Virus record (IMG/VR): IMGVR_UViG_3300020029_000037 | Location: 1-6,075 of that record | Origin: a virus | Length of the DNA stretch: 6,075 nt | Reading direction: 5' to 3' (one strand) | Shown here: piece by piece, positions 1-4,119 of the stretch | Layout of the letters: each line of letters opens with the position of its first letter | How positions within the stretch are numbered: the stretch's first letter is position 1 | Made by a program: the position numbers and the translations under genes | Notes under the pieces: model-generated | What the model was told of the DNA's origin: nothing | The model's input: the letters and a program-made list of their open reading frames with translations, nothing else | The model's database searches: none

Positions 1-121
1 GCCAGAATTGGAGAATGTCCAAATCCAGCCAGGTAGGGGGATCGAAATCAGGCATCTTACGAGAAGAGGCGGAAAAGCGCATTATTTGCTTTTGCTCCCA
101 CGTATATGTCTCTCTACGGGA
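1..121. repeat. Terminal direct repeat, copy 1 (identical to 5955-6075); overlap from a circular contig
   Basis: Base-by-base comparison shows all 121 positions are identical to 5955-6075. Confidence 0.97.
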
Positions 122-1039
122 TACGGAGGATTTGAGATTGAACCGTTCAACACACAAAGACACAATACGCTTAACCAGAGGAGACTTGCTAAAACGTGCA
201 TAAGCATCAGCAGCGGCAATCGAACGCGAGACTTCGTCTTCTTGTTTAAGATATCTAAGATAGTATCGAGGAATCGAGTAATTGTAATTGATACGCTTCT
301 CAAAATCAAAATAAGACCACGTCGAAACACGAGTAGAAGGACGAGGCATAAAACCAAGGAAATCACCAACGCCAGCAGATACGAATTTTCTCGTATAACG
401 GCGATGTTGGAGGAGGCAAGATAAAGGTGTAAGGTTTCCATTTACGGTAACGTATTTGTCCGAAATTTCTTCGGGATTAAACTGAATCTGTTTAGTAACA
501 TACTTAACGCAATAACGAGCACGCTTATGGGTAGCTTTCGCTAACCACACAAAACCAAGATCTCGAACAGTAGAACGAATCGTATTGTACAAGACATCGG
601 TGCCAAACAAAAAGCCATGAAAATGCAATCGAGGCTCATTTCCTGTTTCTGGGTGAGTACCAAACTCCTGAAAAAAAGCGTGTTTAAACGAATGGCCTAG
701 CTTATGGCGCAGACGTTCATTGAAGCGGCGGATGAACCAAGAAGGATCAAGCAAGGCTTTGTCGTAATACTTCGGAGCAATCGTTATTGTAATAAAAATA
801 GCCTGCCGACTATTAGCCTTACAATAAGCCAACTCACGCTCGAGGCGAACGAACCAATCATTGCGTTGACGGCGCAGACACTCTTCGCACCTTCCGCAGG
901 GGACCATAAGCCACTGGCGGGCGATATCCCAGGGGCGAAGGGCTAAGGCAGACTTAGCAACATCGGAACCGTCGCGACAAGGGTTCTTTTTGTCGAAATA
1001 ACGACGATTACGTATCCATATGGGCGATAAGCAAGGCAT
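1..1039 (-). CDS. VP4: Replication initiator protein (HUH rolling-circle endonuclease, Microviridae A/VP4 type), N-terminal 346 codons; continues across the circular junction
   Basis: Manual translation of the - strand from ATG (1037-1039) has no stop down to position 1. The protein begins MPCLSPIWIRNRRYFDKKNPCRDG. It has a Cys cluster PCGRCEEC (878-901), RCR motif 1 FITITI (779-796), the HUH motif LHFHGFLF (H139/H141, nt 617-625) and the two-tyrosine motif YCVKYVTK (Y176/Y180, nt 500-514). The ORF is missing from the supplied track because it has no stop inside the left edge. Confidence 0.92.
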   Translation of the reverse strand, partial: MPCLSPIWIRNRRYFDKKNPCRDGSDVAKSALALRPWDIARQWLMVPCGRCEECLRRQRNDWFVRLERELAYCKANSRQAIFITITIAPKYYDKALLDPSWFIRRFNERLRHKLGHSFKHAFFQEFGTHPETGNEPRLHFHGFLFGTDVLYNTIRSTVRDLGFVWLAKATHKRARYCVKYVTKQIQFNPEEISDKYVTVNGNLTPLSCLLQHRRYTRKFVSAGVGDFLGFMPRPSTRVSTWSYFDFEKRINYNYSIPRYYLRYLKQEDEVSRSIAAADAYARFSKSPLVKRIVSLCVERFNLKSSVSRRETYTWEQKQIMRFSASSRKMPDFDPPTWLDLDILQFW

Positions 1040-1239
1040 TAGAACAAGCTCTGAAGACAATCAAACTTAATACAAGGCTTCTCGAGGCGACAACGAATGA
1101 GGTAATCTTCAGCGGGGGCTTTGTCGGCAAACCAAGCGATAATAACTCGTTTTTTGCCGCGATATGCACCAACGGAGTAGCGACAGGGAACGCAATTAAC
1201 TATTGGAGAAAATCTAGGCCGGAAATCAAAATAATCCAT
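1039..1239 (-). CDS. Hypothetical 66-aa Cys-rich protein, translationally coupled to Rep
   Basis: ATG at 1237-1239. The stop TAA (1039-1041) overlaps the Rep ATG (1037-1039), giving TAATG. It is the first ORF after the main intergenic region. It has five Cys (C16-x2-C19 ... C50-x5-C56-x4-C61) and a net basic charge. I recognise no family. Confidence 0.55.
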   Translation of the reverse strand: MDYFDFRPRFSPIVNCVPCRYSVGAYRGKKRVIIAWFADKAPAEDYLIRCRLEKPCIKFDCLQSLF

Positions 1240-1258
1240 ATCTGAAAAATATTATTAT

Positions 1259-1287
1259 GCGCTTCGAAAGACGGTACTTTCGAGCGC
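1259..1287. other. Stable hairpin next to an AT-rich tract, just upstream of the first gene
   Basis: gcgc(t)tcgaaag pairs with ctttcgagcgc: 11 bp with one bulged T (1263/1264) and a 6-nt loop (1271-1276). On the - strand it is followed by GCATAATAATATTTTTCAGAT and then ATG. Confidence 0.6.
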
Positions 1288-1297
1288 GAAAACTATT

Positions 1298-1355
1298 CCG
1301 TTCGCCGCCCGACGGCCTTAACGGCCGAGACGCTTCGCGTCTTCGGGCTCCACGG
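1298..1355 (-). other. GC-rich three-way junction (Y-shaped fold) with a GCGAAGC mini-hairpin on the - (viral) strand; candidate ssDNA origin or priming element
   Basis: Outer stem 1307-1312 (gcccga) pairs with 1343-1348 (tcgggc). Arm A is 1313-1317 (cggcc) paired with 1323-1327 (ggccg), with a 5-nt loop. Arm B is 1328-1333 (agacgc) paired with 1337-1342 (gcgtct), with a 3-nt loop. No junction nucleotides are unpaired. An optional 4-bp extension pairs 1298-1301 with 1352-1355. On the - strand arm B reads AGACGCGAAGCGTCT. Confidence 0.6.
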
Positions 1356-1375
1356 CTCACTTCATGAGCGAATAT

Positions 1376-1391
1376 ACCGAATAAATTCGGT
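1376..1391. other. Small hairpin in the main intergenic region
   Basis: accgaa-taaa-ttcggt: a 6-bp stem with a 4-nt loop. Confidence 0.4.
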
Positions 1392-1404
1392 GAATTTGAG
1401 AGCT

Positions 1405-1438
1405 AAAAAAATCCCAGGGGAGAGCGACTCCCCTGGGA
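1405..1438 (-). terminator. Rho-independent terminator closing the - strand transcription unit
   Basis: The - strand reads TCCCAGGGGAG-tcgct-CTCCCCTGGGA followed by TTTTTTT (A-run 1405-1411 on the + strand). The stem is 11 bp (8 G:C) with a 5-nt loop and a U7 tail. It starts 46 nt after the stop of the last ORF (1485-1487). There is no T-run on the + strand side, so it works in one direction only. Confidence 0.8.
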
Positions 1439-1484
1439 GCCAACGGACTAAAGGACTCGGCCTCCAAGCGGACGAGTTACTATT

Positions 1485-1808
1485 TTAGTCCCTTTTCCCT
1501 TCTTCTTTCGCCGTGCTTTCATCACAATCAAGTTCAAGATCAAACATAAGGACAATCGTATTGTCGAAGAACTCAATGCAAAAATTGGAAAAAACTCCGC
1601 AAGTGCCAATGAGATCGGAAACTTCCGAGTGATCGATGTAGAGCGAATCACTAATGCTCGAACTCTTCAGATAAGACGCAATAGGAGACTTCGCGATAGC
1701 ATCAAAAGGAATAGAAACAAACTGAGCGTCTTTGACGCGACCTACTTGGACGAGGTCAATTTTTAAAGCCGGATTAACCCGACGAATAACAACATGAATC
1801 TGTGTCAT
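1485..1808 (-). CDS. Hypothetical protein, 107 aa from ATG 1806-1808 (the track's 120-aa version starts at a TTG at 1845-1847)
   Basis: This is the last ORF before the terminator. The ATG lies 11 nt after the stop of the upstream ORF (1820-1822). The track's start at 1847 is TTG and would overlap the upstream gene by 28 nt. The protein has an acidic C-tail, DLELDCDESTAKEEGKRD. I recognise no family. Confidence 0.55.
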   Translation of the reverse strand: MTQIHVVIRRVNPALKIDLVQVGRVKDAQFVSIPFDAIAKSPIASYLKSSSISDSLYIDHSEVSDLIGTCGVFSNFCIEFFDNTIVLMFDLELDCDESTAKEEGKRD

Positions 1809-1819
1809 AATAATGTGGC

Positions 1820-2140
1820 TTAAAGTTTTACCTGAAATTCGGCGCAAAAATGCTCCCAGGCGTTAGACTGATTTATCCAAAATTCGGCACCTTCGGGCGT
1901 CGAATAAAACAAGAATGCAGAAGTGACAAGATGACTAGGACCAAAGCTAGTACCGCGAAGAGAATGTCGAATATGAGAGCGCAGACGGTCGCGGAAGCTC
2001 TTGTAAGGCGAGAAGTCGCGCTCGTAATTCGCCTTGAAGGCAGCGAATACTCCTTGGCGAACAAGCCACTCGGTAAATGCATACTCTACAATGTCAACTA
2101 ACAGCTCGTCGTTTCTAACATTTTTGCAAGATCTTTTCAT
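1820..2140 (-). CDS. Hypothetical protein, 106 aa
   Basis: ATG at 2138-2140, TAA at 1820-1822. It is co-oriented with the other genes and follows an 86-nt gap after the pilot gene. It has a basic N-terminus and an aromatic-rich C-terminal block, AFLFYSTPEGAEFWINQSNAWEHF. I recognise no family. Confidence 0.6.
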   Translation of the reverse strand: MKRSCKNVRNDELLVDIVEYAFTEWLVRQGVFAAFKANYERDFSPYKSFRDRLRSHIRHSLRGTSFGPSHLVTSAFLFYSTPEGAEFWINQSNAWEHFCAEFQVKL

Positions 2141-2166
2141 AATAAAATGGTTATTGGTTTACAACG

Positions 2167-2197
2167 CAAACATAGAGCAAAGGAAATAAATAGCAAA
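2167..2197 (-). promoter_or_regulatory. Candidate Bacteroidota-type promoter (TTTG -33 / TAnnTTTG -7) upstream of the 106-aa ORF
   Basis: The - strand reads TTTG(2197-2194)-19 nt-TATGTTTG(2174-2167), then 26 nt to the ATG at 2140. This is weak evidence: TAnnTTTG alone also occurs inside coding sequence at 1062-1069, 1541-1548, 1942-1949, 3900-3907 and 4574-4581. Confidence 0.28.
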
Positions 2198-2226
2198 GTT
2201 CTAGAAGTCGAAAAAGTTGTTCAATT

Positions 2227-3483
2227 TCACCTTACATAGCGACGGCTGGACTTTGTGGTACCAGCGTACCTGCCGTCCTTGCCATAAATCTCTCTACTTT
2301 CATCATAATCAACGGGAGAAGGACGCTTGGTTACAGATGTGCCGGCGACGGCCATGGCGCCAACCAAAGCGGTTCTCGCAAGGCTATAACCAAAAGCATT
2401 CTTACTTGAGCGGTTTTGGAACCAGCGGCCTGAAAGGTCTTGCTCACCTTCAGAAGCGGCGAGGCCCATAAGTTTTTGATGAATCTGGCGACCTGTCATC
2501 TTCGTTGTCTTGCCGGTAGGCTTACCCTTTTCGTTAACCTCCGGAACGTCGACGAGTGCATCCCAATTGAGATTGAACCACTCGCGAAGATCAGCCAAAT
2601 TAACCTTACGTATCTCAGACTCAACGTCTAAGACGTCACCGGAAGCGGCAGATTCGTAGGCGGCGGCGAAATCTCGAGCAATCTGAGCAGCGTAAACAGC
2701 ATCGAAGTATTTGTCATTATACTTCTTGATCTGATTCGCTTCTTCAACGTGTTTCGAATACATAGCGACAAAATCTTGAAACTTGTACGTAGCCATAAGA
2801 TCAGCATACTCGGCATCAGCAGCATGAATATCAGCCAAAGAGCGATTAAGGCGAATTAATTCGGAAACATTGTCAATGTGATGCTCTAAGGATTTCTTTT
2901 CCAACTCATCCATTTCCTTTCGCCAATCTGCGCTATGAGTATTGCCTCTCATGAGTTCAGCCTCAGCATTATCGCGATTAGCAGCAGCCTCATTGCGATT
3001 AACCGAAGAATGAGCCATCATGTTTTGTGCAATAGCAGTGGGATCAGTGGCTGCAAAACCACCAGGAGCAATGGGCGAGCCACCTGAAGGGCCGGAGGCA
3101 GAAGGCATAGGGGCAGAGCCACCAGACATCGTGGCGTTGACGCCGACACCCGAAGAGCCTAAAACGGCGGCAGGCGTTACACCAGCCTTCAAGTAGCGGT
3201 CGAAAACCTTCGTAGGGTCATTATATGCATTCTCATAATCAAACTGTCTCTGCCAATTAGCATAGGAAAGTTCAGACTGCTTCTGCATCTGCTCGAGGGC
3301 ATACTTTTGCTGAAGCGCCATTTGTTTCTGCTGAAATCTCCACTGACGGCGGGCGCTCATGCCGCCAAAAAGTTGGCCTAAAAAGCCATTAATTAAACCA
3401 GTAGTGCCAGTAGAAGCAGCAGATTCACCAAGAGAACGACCGAAGGAGGCGGAGGCAGCAGCAGCAGCAACAGGGGTAGCCAT
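2227..3483 (-). CDS. VP2: DNA pilot / minor capsid protein (Microviridae H/VP2 type), 418 aa
   Basis: The N-terminus is Ala/Gly-rich (MATPVAAAAASASF..GLINGFLGQLFGG). A Q-rich block is followed by NAYNDPTKVFDRYLKAGVTPAAVLG (3157-3225), matching the YNxP...R...AG(L/V)(N/T)P signature I recall for gokushovirus/alpavirus VP2. The central region is long, helical and rich in charged residues, as in pilot proteins. Its size and its position downstream of the capsid gene also fit. Confidence 0.85.
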   Translation of the reverse strand: MATPVAAAAASASFGRSLGESAASTGTTGLINGFLGQLFGGMSARRQWRFQQKQMALQQKYALEQMQKQSELSYANWQRQFDYENAYNDPTKVFDRYLKAGVTPAAVLGSSGVGVNATMSGGSAPMPSASGPSGGSPIAPGGFAATDPTAIAQNMMAHSSVNRNEAAANRDNAEAELMRGNTHSADWRKEMDELEKKSLEHHIDNVSELIRLNRSLADIHAADAEYADLMATYKFQDFVAMYSKHVEEANQIKKYNDKYFDAVYAAQIARDFAAAYESAASGDVLDVESEIRKVNLADLREWFNLNWDALVDVPEVNEKGKPTGKTTKMTGRQIHQKLMGLAASEGEQDLSGRWFQNRSSKNAFGYSLARTALVGAMAVAGTSVTKRPSPVDYDESREIYGKDGRYAGTTKSSRRYVR

Positions 3484-3484
3484 A

Positions 3485-3676
3485 CTACACGTTAATTAAA
3501 TTGTTAGAACGAATAATGTAGTCAACACGTACTGTGTCGATATGAACGCCACTGCGCTGCATTCTAGCTTGAGCAGAACACGATGACAAGAAGAAGGCAG
3601 CTAAGGCGGCGACAATGGAGGAAACGAGTGTCCAAAAAGCTTTCGACTTGTAAAAAGGGGTTCTAGTATCTGACAT
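3485..3676 (-). CDS. Small putative lipoprotein, 63 aa (31-aa mature lipopeptide); candidate lysis or exclusion factor
   Basis: ATG at 3674-3676. The stop TAG (3485-3487) lies 1 nt from the VP2 ATG. The n-region is MSDTRTPFYKSK, the h-region is AFWTLVSSIVAALAAFF, and the lipobox is L30-S31-S32-C33 (3578-3589), which fits [LVI][ASTVI][GAS]C. Confidence 0.65.
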   Translation of the reverse strand: MSDTRTPFYKSKAFWTLVSSIVAALAAFFLSSCSAQARMQRSGVHIDTVRVDYIIRSNNLINV

Positions 3677-3788
3677 AATCTCGAAAAATTAAAGAACGAT
3701 AGAAAAATGCGCGGCCTCTCCTGCAGTCGTTACCAATAACCTTTAGCAATTCACGAACTCTTGCAAAAGGGGTCCGCGCACGTAACAT
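3663..3788 (-). CDS. Unlisted 41-aa Arg-rich ORF (candidate J/VP8-like DNA-binding peptide)
   Basis: My own translation: ATG at 3786-3788 to TAG at 3663-3665 gives MLRARTPFARVRELLKVIGNDCRRGRAFFYRSLIFRDYVRY, with 11 basic and 3 acidic residues. It fills the otherwise non-coding 134-nt gap and overlaps the next gene by 14 nt. It is below the track's size cutoff. Confidence 0.25.
   Translation of the reverse strand: MLRARTPFARVRELLKVIGNDCRRGRAFFYRSLIFRDYVRY
3703..3780 (-). other. Long-range GC stem closing a 59-nt interior, followed by T5 on the - strand; possible attenuator/partial terminator or ssDNA structural element
   Basis: tgcgcgg (3708-3714) pairs with ccgcgca (3774-3780), 7 bp with 6 G:C. 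After a 1-nt bulge the stem can extend through 3715-3719 pairing with 3768-3772. On the - strand the 3' arm is followed directly by TTTTT (3707-3703). Confidence 0.3.
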
Positions 3789-3810
3789 ATATCATCGAGT
3801 AAAGAAAGAG

Positions 3811-4107
3811 CTATTTTTCTTCAGAATCAGAGGACTTTGAAGTAGACTTAGCCTTATCTAACTGAGAATCAATAAGTTCTTGCCCAACTTCGAGGCCGTC
3901 AAACTTATCCATACGAGAGAAGGAGTTAGGGTCGAAATCAATTTCAGGGTTAAATTTCTCACCCTTCTCGAAATCAGAAGGTTCAGCCGTCACATCTGGA
4001 CGACCAGGAAGGACGTCGACGGAGCCAGAGCCGTCAAGAACAGAAAGAATGCGCTGACCACGAGAAACGTAAGTAGGGGTATCCTCAAGAAGCCAATCAA
4101 GTGCCAT
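3811..4107 (-). CDS. Acidic 98-aa protein; candidate scaffolding protein
   Basis: ATG at 4105-4107, 12 nt after the capsid stop; TAG at 3811-3813. It is strongly acidic (many D/E, C-tail KSSDSEEK). Small acidic proteins encoded beside the capsid gene are scaffolds in known microviruses. I see no diagnostic motif. Confidence 0.65.
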   Translation of the reverse strand: MALDWLLEDTPTYVSRGQRILSVLDGSGSVDVLPGRPDVTAEPSDFEKGEKFNPEIDFDPNSFSRMDKFDGLEVGQELIDSQLDKAKSTSKSSDSEEK

Positions 4108-4119
4108 AAAATCAAAATA

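Noticed and set aside
1-121. The terminal repeat as a biological direct terminal repeat or LTR of a linear element
   Set aside because: The Rep ORF is continuous across the junction only if the two copies are collapsed into one. Microviridae genomes are circular. The repeat is therefore an assembly or linearisation overlap.
8-424. + strand ORFs in the track: 8-424, 15-203, 704-946, 1850-2101, 2217-2471, 2440-2631, 3880-4188, 5008-5229 and 5497-5826
   Set aside because: All are antisense to long - strand genes with recognisable microvirus motifs. Several start at non-ATG codons (8-424 starts at TTG). Their products are low-complexity and Arg/Lys/Ser-rich. The only terminator is specific to the - strand. 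Microvirus genomes are transcribed from one strand.
82-441. 119-aa - strand ORF listed in the track
   Set aside because: It lies entirely inside the Rep gene in another frame. The Leu-rich product is the expected frame-shift artefact, and the Rep frame carries the conserved motifs.
671-677. A T7 run on the coding strand inside Rep, as a possible programmed slippage site
   Set aside because: The zero frame continues through it and carries all downstream Rep motifs, so no frameshift is needed. There is no alternative-frame ORF of note downstream.
1062-1069. Additional TAnnTTTG (-7 box) matches on the - strand at 1062-1069, 1541-1548, 1942-1949, 3900-3907 and 4574-4581
   Set aside because: All lie inside coding sequence, and none has a TTTG at the expected upstream spacing. 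Their frequency reflects the T-rich coding strand. The one 22 nt before the Rep ATG is the only one in a plausible position.
1250-1290. A sigma70-like promoter on the - strand (TCGAAA-18 nt-CATAAT) upstream of the first gene
   Set aside because: The -35 box matches only 4 of 6 positions, the spacing is suboptimal, and the elements are buried in the hairpin. If the host is a Bacteroidota member this consensus does not apply. The main promoter remains unlocated between 1404 and 1240.
1298-1370. The three-way junction as a hammerhead-type ribozyme
   Set aside because: There is no CUGAUGA or GAAA core at the junction on either strand. The junction has no unpaired nucleotides, so it cannot form the catalytic core.
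1448-1651. Overprinted 67-aa ORF with a hydrophobic N-half and a very basic tail (KARRKKKGKGTK), superficially like phiX protein E
   Set aside because: Its start codon is GTG (1649-1651) and there is no in-frame ATG until residue 44. The hydrophobic part is interrupted by Glu and Arg. Its composition is explained by frame-shifted NNT codons. It is worth a look only if the frame is conserved in relatives.
1809-1847. The track's upstream start (1847) for the last ORF, giving 120 aa
   Set aside because: The codon at 1845-1847 is TTG and would overlap the preceding gene by 28 nt. The ATG at 1806-1808 gives an 11-nt spacer like the other gene junctions. The longer form cannot be excluded.
3708-3780. 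A 73-nt element closed by a 7-bp stem, which looked tRNA-sized
   Set aside because: I tested the cloverleaf on both strands. Position 8 is not T. No D-stem (10-13/22-25) or T-stem (49-53/61-65) pairs. There is no GTTC(G/A)A T-loop in the correct place; a GTTCG on the - strand sits in the 5' half.
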